Positions 19,267 to 29,508 of a DNA stretch of 34,969 nt are shown one piece after another. Position numbers and translations under genes: made by a program. The number at the start of each line of letters is the position of its first letter. The stretch's first letter is position 1. Under the pieces are notes generated by a model. The model did not search any database, had not been told where the DNA came from, and saw only the letters and a list, made by a program, of their open reading frames with translations. Source of the DNA: Chrysochromulina tobinii (taxonomy: Eukaryota); the NCBI GenBank assembly GCA_001275005.1, contig JWZX01002103.1:1-34969 (forward strand), read 5' to 3'.

Positions 19267-19476
19267 GCGGAGGCGGAGAGTGCGGAGGCGGAGAGGGCGG
19301 AGGCGGAGAGGGCGGAGGCGGAGAGGGCGGAGGCGGAGAGGGCGGAGGCGGAGGCGGAGAGGGCGGAGGCGGAGAGGGCGGAGGCGGAGAGGGCGGAGGC
19401 GGAGAGGGCGGAGAGGGCGGAGGCGGAGAGGGCGGAGGCGGAGAGGGCGGAGGCGGAGAGGGCGGAGGTGGAGCGC
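19267..19476 (+). repeat. 15-bp coding minisatellite GCGGAGGCGGAGAGG (AEAER), ~14 copies, followed by an RGG-coding 9-bp repeat
   Basis: Read directly from the sequence; same unit as 18665-18724. Confidence 0.9.
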
Positions 19477-20263
19477 GCAGCGGCGCTGGCCGTGGCAGAG
19501 AGCGCCGGCCGCGGCGGGCGAGGGGGGCGAGGGGGGCGTGGTGGGCGTGGTGGGCGTGGCGGGCGCGGTCCGACTTCCGTGCATTCATTGCCCCCTGCCC
19601 CTGCGCCACCATCGACCCTAGCACCGGCTGAAGGTCTGATGCCAGCGGAGAGGCCTCTGACGCTCGCCGATGTGGGCAACATCACCGGCCGTGTGCACGA
19701 CGAGGCGCCCGAATCGACCATCGGTGGCCAGACGACGTGCATCGTGTGCATGATGGGGCCCAAGTCGCACCTTGCAGTGCCGTGCGGCCATCAGCTCGCG
19801 TGTGAGCGCTGCACGGCCAGCATGAAGATTTGCCCGTACTGTTGCACGCCCGTACAGTTTTGGCTAATGGCACGGCTAGTGTAACATATTACAGGGAGCA
19901 GGGGTGAGGTGTCGCGACTTGGGCGCGTGTGGGGCGACCACATGGGATGTGGGCATGGTCCGGTCCATGATGGACGCTTGCACACTAGTACGGCCATATG
20001 CAGCCGTACTTCGATGTCCGTTAAGTCGTACTGCACTGTCCGGTCGCCGCGCGACCGTTTCACCGTGCTGTCCGCGCCGCCCGTACGCTGTGTTAACTGT
20101 TATGACTTATGTACCCTACCCAAGCATAGAGGTTTTTAGAGCCGAGCGGTTCCCGCCCACTTCCTACTCAATACGCGCGATAGCTCACACTTTCGCAGAC
20201 TCAAGACCGTTATGTCTGAGCAGACACCGTCCCCGCTTACCTTGAAGTTGGATCACACACTAA

Positions 20264-21996
20264 TCACACACATGCCTGTGCGAGGAACACAGATGCCTCC
20301 ATGAACTTTCCGAGCGCCTGTCTCGTGAGTCGAGCCACGTCCACCGTCGTCAGCGACGTGTCTTCTTCTTCTCCCTCTTCCACCCCGCCAGCACGGTGAC
20401 CCCAAGGTCGAGGGGGCGAGTGCCTCGGCGCTTCCACGTCATTCGATGGGTCAAGGGAGGGAGAGGGCTTGCATTCGAGCGGAGGCAGACCGAGCCGCTG
20501 AGCCGCGAGTTCGAGGCGGAAGAGGGGCCGAGGAGGAGGGAGAGAGGAGTAGTTTCCTTTCGCCTCCGCCTCCGCTCCCTCATCAGCCATGAGTGCCGTC
20601 CATCGCTGCTGGAGCAGCCGCGGCAGCAAGGCGCGCCGCTCCGCGTCCGTGTGCGTCCACTGCATGGGCCTTGCTATCTGGTTCGCATCCGAGCGCAGCG
20701 TGGCCGCCGCCTCCTCGAGCCGCCGTCGCAACCATCGGTCCATGAGGGTCGTGCCGCGCTGAGCGACGAGCGCGGCGGCCTCGAGCTCTTGCATGCGCCG
20801 CTGGTACGCCTGGCGCTCGTCGAGGCACTTGGCCAACGAGAAATGGCTCTGTGCCCGTGTGGTCGTCGAGGCGCGCCCCGGAGATCTGCGAGCTGTGCGG
20901 CTTGTACAGCGCTCTGCTGCTCGCTCGCCGCCCTGCTTGCCAGATGCTGTTGGAGCTCATCACGCAGCCCCTCGTTGGCTCGCAGTGCACCCTCTAGGTC
21001 AGTGCTCAAGCGCTCGGTGAGCATCGTCTGTTCGATCAGAGCAGGCGCGAGGCGCGCCACGTCAGCCTGCGAGGCGTCCAGCTGCATAGACAGCGCCTCT
21101 TGAGCCGATCTGGCCGTCTCGAGCTCTGAGTCGAGCACTTGCCTCTGCACATTCACGGAGGAGCGGGCATGCTCGTATAGGCGCGCCTGCTCGAGCTGCT
21201 GCAGACGGCGCGCGCTCGCCTCCGCCTCAGCTTGCTCGAAGGCGCGCGTCACGCTCTGCTGCGCGTCCTTGGCATGCGAGAGACCGGCGAGCAACGATCT
21301 CCTCTCTGACTCGAAGGCCGCGATCGAGCGTGCGCTGGTCGCCAGCGCCGTCCGGTGGCTCTCAAGCTCGGAGGTCATCTTGAGGCTGTCGAGATGAGCG
21401 CTCGCCACGACGGCCTCGAGTTTCGTCTGGAGCCGTCGGCGTTCGTTGTTGGCAGCCTCGAGTTCGCGGCTCAGTGGCTTAGTCCGTGAGAGCTCGGCCT
21501 CAAGCGAGCGCACAGCGTTCTGGAGCTCGGCGCGCATGACTCGCATCTCCTGCTCCATCTGCTCGACGACCGCTTTGTGATCATCGATGAGCATCCACTT
21601 GAGCGAGATCGGCATGAACGAGCCGCGATCGAGCGACTCGACGCCAACGGCGACACGAGTCTCTTCTTGCGCCACCTCCTCAAGGGCCGTCTCGAATGCG
21701 CACTTCGCCTCTTCTCGGCGAGGCGCCTCTCGGCGAGGCGGCTCTCTCGCACGCGCTAACCCTAAACCAGGCACGTATTCCTCGCGAGGCGAGTATTCCC
21801 GCCGAGCAGCCTTGAGGCTGCTGCTCAAGGAGTGCTCGCGGCGTATCGGTGAGCGAGGACTTGAGGTCTTGTAGCGGCGCCATTGTGTGGCGCCATTGTG
21901 TGGCGCCAAGGCGTCGCGCCATCGTGGCATGGAGGACGATGCACTTTGCGTGCGCCACGCATGCTCGCCGGTCGACAGGTCCATCCTCGCGGCCAT
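20264..21996 (-). CDS. Coiled-coil protein (~575 aa) with frameshift(s) at ~20835-20880
   Basis: Heptad-rich E/L/A/R sequence in ORF 20674..22158 up to ...AAQLADLR continues as ...AKCLDERQAYQRRMQELE in ORF 20264..20836. No GT-AG intron is evident at the junction. The start is uncertain because of a 13-bp duplication at 21876-21901. Confidence 0.6.
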
Positions 21997-22164
21997 GGCC
22001 TCTTGCAAATCAAGACAAGAGAAAAAGAGAAAAAAGAACGTTATTTTTCCAGCATGCAATTGAGAAGCGTGATAGAAAGATGAAACGGACTCTGCGGACT
22101 GACGCCAAAGCGCCAAAATCCTCTCTGTGGCGGGCGAGAGCGCTACGCCCGCCTGCAACGGGAT

Positions 22165-25100
22165 TCAACTCCCTGTCCTTCCTCCCACACCTTGATGCCA
22201 AAAGCTTCCGTCGTTCATGCTCTCCACAATCGCCCAACCGAGGGTTTCGAACTGGTACATGTACTCGGGCGGCACAATGTAGAAGGGGACGTTCTCCGGG
22301 TCAACGTACCGCTTGGCATTGGAGCCCCATCCAAGGTTCAAATTGAACCTGCCGTGACGAGCTCCGGTCAGGGTGCCACGCTGCAGAATTGCATCGCTGG
22401 TCCAGTCTGGCTGATCCGTCCAGCAGAGGCTCATGTCTTCGCAGCGTCGCGAGCGTGGGCACGTGGCCTCGTCGTCTGGGTTGAGGCACGCGAGCCCGAG
22501 CTCGTTCCGAACCGTCCTCGGGTCGGGCACGCTTGTGCTGACGTCTAGCACCTCGGTGCTCGATCCGATGTACTTCATCTTGCTCCAGTCCCATAGGGGC
22601 CAGATCTTCTCGTCGTTGATGCACGCCTGGCCCGGCTGCATGATGTGCGCCTCGGTGTAGTAGTGCGAGCTCGTCGTGTACGTGGTGCGCGGACCGCAGT
22701 AGCGCAAGCCGCCGGCAAAGTGGTGCCCTACGATATCAAGGTTGGGTGGGACCACGCCGCGGATTCGCTTCTCGACAGAGCCTGGGCACGTGCCACGGAA
22801 GAGCGAGCACGGCTCCGATGCACTGATGCCGGCAACGGTCGGCCACACGCTACCCAGATCATCCTCGCTACACATGTTGCACACGTTCTGGTCGGTCTTG
22901 AACTCGTCGCGCTGGCATTGGCGAAGAGACGTCTCGCGCCTACACACTCGGACCATCGTCTCCACACCTGAAGTACCCGAAGCACTGCGGCCGAAGCACT
23001 TGGAACACAATGCCATCGCCCACCCGTCCTCATCGTGCCCCACGAGGTTCGGCCTGTAGCGGGGCATGTAACTATCCGCAGCCGCGCCGCTGGATACAGC
23101 ACCGGCAGTTGAGCCGCTGGTACTGCTAGAGCTCTGAGAGCAATTGAGTCCCAGCGTGGTGGTGGTGCCTTCAAGTGCGAAGGCCGCGCATCCACGCGCT
23201 CGCAGTGTGTCTGCTTCTCTCAGCAACCAGTTGCTGGCGCCGCGAGCCCGCACGCCCGCCGCGGTGCTGCTGGCGCACTCGGGAGCACGGCGGCCTGGGT
23301 CGCTACAACCTCCATTGCTGCTGCTCTCGCTGCCGCTGCCGCTGCCGCCGCTGCTGCTGCCGCCGCCGCTGCTGCTGCTGCTGCCAGTGGAAGCGACATT
23401 TGCACGACGAGGACGGGCGTGTGCCGCGGTGGCGTTGGTCATGTAGCCGGCCTCGAGGCATTCTAATGCCGTGAGCCTCTCGTCAACGCACCGACGAGGC
23501 AAGCCATCTGACGACGAGGCTCGTGAACAGAGGTAGAGTGTCCGGCGGATGTCGATGCACTCCTGGAGCGGCAGCGCCACCGTCCCGTACTCCTCGATGC
23601 GAGGCTCTTCGCCCTTTGCCACGTACTCACACCTGCCGCCCGTGGTGATCACTCGCGAGCAGTCCCCACCGGTAAACCAGTGGTGGCAAACGCATGTCCC
23701 GTTCTGATCGTACTCATTTACGTTGCCGCCGGTGGTGTTGAGGCAGCGGCCGAACGTGAGGTTGCACCCGCTAGTGGCGTTACACCGGCTATCTGTGTAG
23801 AGAGCGGCGAGGCGCTGCTGTATGAGAGCGAAGGCTTGAGGCGTGCCAATCTCCAAAGGGTCCAGCAGTCGCCGTTGCCAGGCAGGTACCAAAGCTACTT
23901 TCTCATCCACTGTCAATGTCCAGTGTGGGCGGGTGAAAAGCACGGCCCGCTCTTCGAGGCTCAACATGAGGAACAAACCCTGCTGCTGCATTTGCCTCCG
24001 CGTTGGCTGCGGCTGCCGCTCCTGGTCCTGCTCATGCCAAGCATGGTCGTGCCAAGCGTGCCCGACCCACGAGGCTCGTCCTCTCGGCTGCTGCATCTCG
24101 TCTTCCTCCCGAACACCCTGGGAATGGTCAGCGTCATGTGCACCTCGCCGTCTTCGACGGAAGACGTAGCCAGGGCTGCCGCCGGACACATCGACAAGGG
24201 CTCGTTTTCGTACGGCCGCGGCGAGCTCCGCACTCGGAGCCGAGAGGCCTACATACTCCGTCTCGTACCCCGTCGGGTCGTCCGTCGCGTGGAGAGATCT
24301 TTCCAGAGGCGAGCCCCCGTCGCCCGTCACATCGCTCTCAGCCAAACGGCGGCGCTGCGCTGCCGCTGGTGCGGCGGAGGCAGCTGGCCCATAAGCTGGC
24401 CCACCCTCCGCCGCTCCGCCAATGCTGCTGCTGCTGCTCCCTACGCTGGTCGGCCTTGTCCTCGGATTTGCCATCGGCCTGCGCTCAGGCCGGCGGTAGG
24501 CCGCGAAATCATCCGGCGGGATGGTCGGTGGCGGCGGCGGCCTACCATACTTGCCCGAGACGTAATTGTAGCACTGTAGGACAGCGTCCAGTTGCGGTCG
24601 ATTGGGGGTCTCTATGCCTGTGATCCGCTCTCGGGGACCAGGCGGCACGAAGGCCTCGCACACCTTCGGGCCAAGTGTGCGGTTGGCGTACGCGCTGCAG
24701 TGCTGCGACGAGACGGGGTATACCTGCCCTGACGGGTAGTCTCGCTGCAGTGCCGGGCGCGGCACGGCACGCTGTTGTGGCCACGGGTACCATGCCAGGG
24801 CGAGTGCGGGCGACGGGCGGTAGTACCGGATGAGGTCGTATGAGCGCGCTTGCATCCCCGCGGTCACTAGCAGAGGCGCGGCCCTGATCACTATGAGTGT
24901 GTCGATGGGTAAATTCGTGATCGGGTCACGCGTGAGGCAAGTTTGATCGCCCGCGCACCAGGTGCAAACGTCGTAGAGCAAGCAGGACATGCACTCGGTG
25001 ATCTCGCTGCAATTGAGCGGCCGGATCAGCACGGTCCCACGCGCGGGCGCTATCACTTCCCCTTCGGCGCGCGGCATGCCGTCCCGTCGGCGAAAGGTGG

Positions 25101-25797
25101 TATCCCAAGCCATCAGATTCTCGTACTCGATCAGACCCTCCGGCGGTCCGTACTGGTCGGCGGCGGGGGTCGTACCCTCGGCAGAGCCGCCGAAGAGCAC
25201 CGAGAAGTTGGTCAGTGCGCGGCCGCCGTTGAGGTTCACGAGGCCGCTGTACAAGTGGAACGGCGCCTCCGCCGAGCTCGACGTTGAGGCTGACGATCCA
25301 CGGTTGATGTTCGTGCCGTTGAGGATGACGTCCTCGTACGTGCTCAGGACCCACGTCACGAGTGTGCCTGCCTGCACGCCGATGTGCGCAGGCTCGAAGC
25401 CTCCAGTCGACGTTACGGTCACCTTCGCCGTCAAGCCCGTGAAATATCGACGAGAAATGGAAGCGGCTCCGCCGTCCTCGCCGGCTTCTGCCATCTCGTA
25501 CACGGAAGGCTGGACGTACTCGGCCGGCCGCGCGACGGCATCTCCCACATAGTCGTGTACATAGCCTACTGGTGGTCTCCAGTATGAGCGAGGTTTGTCA
25601 GGTATCAGAGTGCCAGAAGGGGTTGAGATGATAGGCCTCAAGACCGTTCTAATGGGAAAGATTTGGGCCGTGTCCATGGTGCCCACGATGCAGCCCACGT
25701 CGTTGCTTGGGCATTCTGCGCGATCCTCCGGGTAGTGGTAAAGAAGCTGCGCGTTCGAGATGATCAGGAACATCAAGGTCCACAGAGTGCCCTTCAT
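22165..25797 (-). CDS. Large secreted Cys-rich protein: signal peptide, cupredoxin-like domain, PSI-like domain, RRRL motif, EGF-like domain
   Basis: Signal-like MKGTLWTLMFLIISNA; GGFEPAHIGVQAGTLVTW (cupredoxin-like strand pattern); CSEITECMSCLLYDVCTWCAGDQTC (PSI-like); CNATSGCNLTFGRC...CVCHHWFTGGDCS (EGF-like); many NxS/T sites. Confidence 0.75.
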   Translation of the reverse strand: MKGTLWTLMFLIISNAQLLYHYPEDRAECPSNDVGCIVGTMDTAQIFPIRTVLRPIISTPSGTLIPDKPRSYWRPPVGYVHDYVGDAVARPAEYVQPSVYEMAEAGEDGGAASISRRYFTGLTAKVTVTSTGGFEPAHIGVQAGTLVTWVLSTYEDVILNGTNINRGSSASTSSSAEAPFHLYSGLVNLNGGRALTNFSVLFGGSAEGTTPAADQYGPPEGLIEYENLMAWDTTFRRRDGMPRAEGEVIAPARGTVLIRPLNCSEITECMSCLLYDVCTWCAGDQTCLTRDPITNLPIDTLIVIRAAPLLVTAGMQARSYDLIRYYRPSPALALAWYPWPQQRAVPRPALQRDYPSGQVYPVSSQHCSAYANRTLGPKVCEAFVPPGPRERITGIETPNRPQLDAVLQCYNYVSGKYGRPPPPPTIPPDDFAAYRRPERRPMANPRTRPTSVGSSSSSIGGAAEGGPAYGPAASAAPAAAQRRRLAESDVTGDGGSPLERSLHATDDPTGYETEYVGLSAPSAELAAAVRKRALVDVSGGSPGYVFRRRRRGAHDADHSQGVREEDEMQQPRGRASWVGHAWHDHAWHEQDQERQPQPTRRQMQQQGLFLMLSLEERAVLFTRPHWTLTVDEKVALVPAWQRRLLDPLEIGTPQAFALIQQRLAALYTDSRCNATSGCNLTFGRCLNTTGGNVNEYDQNGTCVCHHWFTGGDCSRVITTGGRCEYVAKGEEPRIEEYGTVALPLQECIDIRRTLYLCSRASSSDGLPRRCVDERLTALECLEAGYMTNATAAHARPRRANVASTGSSSSSGGGSSSGGSGSGSESSSNGGCSDPGRRAPECASSTAAGVRARGASNWLLREADTLRARGCAAFALEGTTTTLGLNCSQSSSSTSGSTAGAVSSGAAADSYMPRYRPNLVGHDEDGWAMALCSKCFGRSASGTSGVETMVRVCRRETSLRQCQRDEFKTDQNVCNMCSEDDLGSVWPTVAGISASEPCSLFRGTCPGSVEKRIRGVVPPNLDIVGHHFAGGLRYCGPRTTYTTSSHYYTEAHIMQPGQACINDEKIWPLWDWSKMKYIGSSTEVLDVSTSVPDPRTVRNELGLACLNPDDEATCPRSRRCEDMSLCWTDQPDWTSDAILQRGTLTGARHGRFNLNLGWGSNAKRYVDPENVPFYIVPPEYMYQFETLGWAIVESMNDGSFWHQGVGGRTGS

Positions 25798-25957
25798 CTG
25801 CACGTGCAGCCGCGCCCACAGCAGCGACGGCTTACGGTTGTCGAAGGTTCGTTTCACATTTACACTCACGCCATATGCATGCAATTGCGCAATGCTCGAA
25901 AAGGCCCCGAGAGATAGATCTCGAGGTAACCAGTGATCTCCGTTCTTTCTACAACAG

Positions 25958-27241
25958 TCATTTCAACAGGCGCATTCGGAAATACAGTGCGTACCTTATG
26001 TTCGAGCTCAAATTTGGCGCCCCTGCATGCAGAAGGTCCTTGTCAAACACGATGGCGGTGCCGGGCTCGGCAAGGATCGGCACCGCCCGCGCCTCGGAAC
26101 CAGCGCCCGTGGCCGCGGTGCTGCTGTGGAGGGCCCCCTTGGGCAGCTCGCCTTGCACGCGTGCGCGCCGCTCGTCGTGCTGTGAGCCAGGCTGCACCAT
26201 CAGAGCTCCCTCGCTGGCACAGCCAACGGCTGACAAGAAGACGCCTACGACAAAGTGGAAACTCTTCTTGTCATTGTACTTGGCTGCGTCCGTGTGCCAG
26301 TCGAGGCCATCGGAGAGGCGCAGTAAGCCCGGAAGTGCCGCCTCGCCGTCAGTGACGCCGGCCGAAAACGGAGACAGAGGGAAACGAAGAGCGACCTGGC
26401 AACCAAACATCGGGCACAGGCGGATCGGGGCTGCACTACCGCCATCGCCGGCATCTCCGGCATCTCCGGCATCGCCGGCATCGTCGCGATCTCCCCGCCC
26501 GAGATACGTCCGTTTGAGCGCCGTGACGAGCGCCTGACGCTCCGTGGTCCCGAGGAGCTCAAGCAGTACGGCGCTCTGAGCCAGGCAGCACGTGCACACG
26601 TGGCCGCCGCCGAGCTTGACGACGCCACCAGTGACCACGCCGTCGTCCAAAGCGCTGTCGTCGAGACCGCCGCTGTCATGAGCGGCCGCGGCGCGGACGT
26701 ATTGTGCGCCGAGGCCGTCGGGCTCGAGATCGGCGGCGAGATCGGCGGCTCCGAGATGGTGATTGAGGAAGCGGAGAGCGCGTGCGATCTTGTCCGGGGC
26801 CACAAGCTGGGGCATAATCAAATACCCGTCGACGTCGAAGTCGCAGGCGGCAGTCTGAATATTAGCCAAAGGCCTTTCGTCTTCACTATGCAGCCGCCAG
26901 TAGGCTGCTGACGCCTGCAGCGTCCACTTTCCGTCCTTGTCCAGCGCGAGCCAGCTGCCACACGCACGCGCACGAATACTGATCAGCTCATCGTCCTTCT
27001 CGATTAGCCAGATGGCAGCAGAATTTCCGCGCGTTTGAGCAAAGAAGATCTTGCCTTGCTTCTGCGCCGCCGCGTGCAGCCGATGGTATGGCTGCTCAGG
27101 CCGCGCAAGCATGACGCCCTTCTCGATGGGCTCTACGATCAAGGAACATGCGTGGCCGGTCTGCACGCTCGTGAGGTGAAGCGTGTCGCCGGCGACGAGG
27201 GTAAAAGAGCTCGCTGCTGCTGCTGCTGTAGAGCTCGCCAT
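25958..27241 (-). CDS. Phytanoyl-CoA dioxygenase (PhyH) family Fe(II)/2-oxoglutarate oxygenase with an extra N-terminal beta-rich domain
   Basis: FDVDGYLIMPQL, WHTD (HxD), GALMVQPGSQ, PGTAIVFDKDLLHAGAPN (distal His) and IRYALY (2OG-binding Arg). Confidence 0.85.
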   Translation of the reverse strand: MASSTAAAAASSFTLVAGDTLHLTSVQTGHACSLIVEPIEKGVMLARPEQPYHRLHAAAQKQGKIFFAQTRGNSAAIWLIEKDDELISIRARACGSWLALDKDGKWTLQASAAYWRLHSEDERPLANIQTAACDFDVDGYLIMPQLVAPDKIARALRFLNHHLGAADLAADLEPDGLGAQYVRAAAAHDSGGLDDSALDDGVVTGGVVKLGGGHVCTCCLAQSAVLLELLGTTERQALVTALKRTYLGRGDRDDAGDAGDAGDAGDGGSAAPIRLCPMFGCQVALRFPLSPFSAGVTDGEAALPGLLRLSDGLDWHTDAAKYNDKKSFHFVVGVFLSAVGCASEGALMVQPGSQHDERRARVQGELPKGALHSSTAATGAGSEARAVPILAEPGTAIVFDKDLLHAGAPNLSSNIRYALYFRMRLLK

Positions 27242-27879
27242 CGCGCGCCCACGACGACGCTTTATGTTGCGCCCAGATCAGCAACGTTCCTGGATACAGG
27301 TTTTCTTCCATAATTCAATCTGTCAAATTTACAGACGGAAGCGCCACGGTCCAAGCTCCAAGGACGTCGTCGTCCACGGTCGTTTTAAAACGCGTTTTTC
27401 GTGTCGTCCCGCGCAAGAACTCTAAGGGCCCCCGTGAACATCGATGGGATGGTAAAGAACCTCGGGTGGCGGTGTTTACCGTGGGAGACGTCCCGACAGA
27501 CCACACCAGTCACACACGCGCGACTGCACACGGACACTGCACAAGGCATTGTTGGTTGCACACTTCACTACACACTACGCCTCTACGCGCATCGCATGTG
27601 TACCACACTGTCATGCGCGCGATGGCGCTTCATAGTCACCATCATCGGATCAACACCGAACCGTAGTCGAAGGATCTACTCGTCCGCCCAACGGCCGAGG
27701 TTGTTGGCTGTACTACTCGTATGGTATGCTCGTCATAGGTAAGGGCCGGCCCCGTCAACAGGACCAAGCACGCCGGGACGCCGCGCAGGTCAGTCGCGCC
27801 TCAATGCAAACATTCAAAGGCGGCGCCTACCCTGCTCTCCTTATCACATTCATTCCCTTCAACGGCGGCTGGACGCCGG

Positions 27880-28078
27880 GGCTGCCATCCTTGACAGAGA
27901 ATGGCTACCTCTGGCTGCCATCCTTTGCGGGATGGCGGCCTCTGGCTGCCATCCTTGACAGATGATAGCTACCTCTGGCTGCCATCCTTGACAGAGGATA
28001 GCTACCTCTGGCTGCCATCCTTTGCGGGATGGCGGCCTCTTTCGCGGCTGCCACCCCTCTGATCGCGGGGTGGCTGCC
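27880..28078. repeat. Tandem array of ~6 palindromic 31-33-bp units beginning GGCTGCCA(T/C)CC
   Basis: Units of 33, 31, 33, 33 and 31 bp plus a diverged sixth. The 31-bp unit GGCTGCCATCC-TTTGCG-GGATGGCGGCC is an 11-bp stem-loop. Confidence 0.9.
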
Positions 28079-28085
28079 ATCGATG

Positions 28086-28150
28086 GACCTCAGCATTGGA
28101 TCCATTGGACCTCAGCAATGTACCTCAGCAATGTACCTCAGCAATGGATC
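28086..28150. repeat. ACCTCAGCA(A/T)TG short repeats (13-bp period x3 plus one more copy), overlapping the esterase stop codon
   Basis: Read directly from the sequence. Confidence 0.85.
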
Positions 28151-29508
28151 AGGTGGCCAGCCTCGCCACCGAGCACCTCGCGGCACGCATCGCACACAAA
28201 TTCGACAAGCGTGTCCATGCCGCGCGCCGAGTCGCCGTATCTCACATCAAAAAGTGGAAGCAGAAGCCAGTCGTGCACGCCGTCCTTCTGCTCAAATAGT
28301 TGTACACGCCGCCCCGGAAGCTCATCTCCACGACGAGGGGGTGTGGCGAGGGGGACGTCGGCGACCCCCGAGCGAGCGGGTCGAGTGGGTGAGGCGCTGC
28401 GCCGAGCGGGCGAGGATTTGTGTGTGCGGCTGATAAGGGGGCTGTTCGAGGGGGCGACCGTAGGAGACGGGAAACACGAGCGCGAGAGAGCTGCGGCAAG
28501 GCGTCGCCCATCGTCTCCAATTAGCTCACCACCGCCCACCCAGATACCAGTAGTGGGCCAGGGTCGCTGCAGTGGACGGCCGTCCAGAAGCGCACCGCAC
28601 GGGCCGCAGGTGGCGCCCGCGACGGCGCCTGCATCGGAGACGGGTGGCTCATCGGGATCGGGGGGTAGCATGTAGTTGGAGCCGTGGTTGGCGAGTCTGG
28701 AGAAGATCGCAAGCATCCTGGGTGTGGCGTAGTCGGAACGACGGCGTGCGTTGCGCAGGCGCGACGGCGACGGCGGCTTCGACGGATCCGGAACGACATC
28801 GAGCCATGGCGAGATGGTGCAGAGCACATCGGGTAGGCGCGAGGCTCTCCCGCCCTCAGGCTCTTCGCACAGCGCGTGCACCATCGACGTGGCCAGGTGG
28901 GCGCCGGCGCTGTCACCCGCGAGCACGAGCACCGTGTCCGTGTGGGTGTGGCTGACCAGCTGCGTCCACGCGTGCTGGACCTGGGCGAGCTGCACGTCGC
29001 GCGTGACCGGCGCGATACTGTAGTCGAGAGAGAGCACGCGGGCAGGCACGCCACGCGCCGCCAGTCGCGGCAGCACCGCCGCCGCAAAGAGCACATCGGT
29101 GTGCAGGTTCGCGCAGAAGCCGCCGCCGTGCACGTACACGATGATGAGCGGTGGGACGAGCGGCGCCGATGTGGGGTGCCTGAGGTCATACCAGATGGCG
29201 GGCGGCGCGTCGAGCGTCTGCAGCATGGCCGGTGCCAGCGTGGAACGCACGATCGGCCACATTGACAGGTGGTTGCACCATGCAATGATCCGGGATTGAT
29301 ACTTGTTGAACCAGATTAAGCGGTCGTCCGTCAAGTTTGTAAACGCGCGGAAGAGCATGAGGGACATCGAGCGCAGGCCGGGGACGGTCGGCAGCAGGTA
29401 GGTGATGATCCAGACGCCGACACGGACCAGGTGGGCGAGCAGGTAGATGCCAACGCCTGATTGAGGTAAAAGGTAACGCGGCGAACCGGCGATGCCCCAA
29501 GACGCCAT
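28138..29508 (-). CDS. Alpha/beta hydrolase, hormone-sensitive-lipase-type esterase with N-terminal hydrophobic anchor
   Basis: YVHGGGF (oxyanion hole), LDYSIAP, LAGDSAGAHL (nucleophile Ser), ISPWLD, GGGELIGDD and GVHDW (His). Likely ATG at 29508 (MASWG). Confidence 0.9.
   Translation of the reverse strand: MASWGIAGSPRYLLPQSGVGIYLLAHLVRVGVWIITYLLPTVPGLRSMSLMLFRAFTNLTDDRLIWFNKYQSRIIAWCNHLSMWPIVRSTLAPAMLQTLDAPPAIWYDLRHPTSAPLVPPLIIVYVHGGGFCANLHTDVLFAAAVLPRLAARGVPARVLSLDYSIAPVTRDVQLAQVQHAWTQLVSHTHTDTVLVLAGDSAGAHLATSMVHALCEEPEGGRASRLPDVLCTISPWLDVVPDPSKPPSPSRLRNARRRSDYATPRMLAIFSRLANHGSNYMLPPDPDEPPVSDAGAVAGATCGPCGALLDGRPLQRPWPTTGIWVGGGELIGDDGRRLAAALSRSCFPSPTVAPSNSPLISRTHKSSPARRSASPTRPARSGVADVPLATPPRRGDELPGRRVQLFEQKDGVHDWLLLPLFDVRYGDSARGMDTLVEFVCDACREVLGGEAGHLIHC

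Larger units (their letters stand above)
16591..19884 (+). pseudogene. Ankyrin-repeat / C-terminal RING (C3HC4) E3 ligase-like gene (~1093 aa if repaired), interrupted by +1 nt at ~18136 and an 11-nt insertion with a stop at 19007-19017; either a pseudogene or assembly errors
   Basis: About 12 ankyrin repeats in 16591-17820, a helical linker, about 3 more ankyrin repeats, (AEAER)n, an RGG tract and CIVC...PCGH..ACERC....ICPYC. These are spread over ORFs 16540, 18041 and 18895, which join when the two insertions are removed. Confidence 0.75.

Noticed and set aside
27880..28078. CRISPR array (palindromic repeats with variable middles)
   Set aside because: The variable parts are short and recur (types A and B) instead of being unique ~30-nt spacers; there are no cas genes and the context is eukaryotic.
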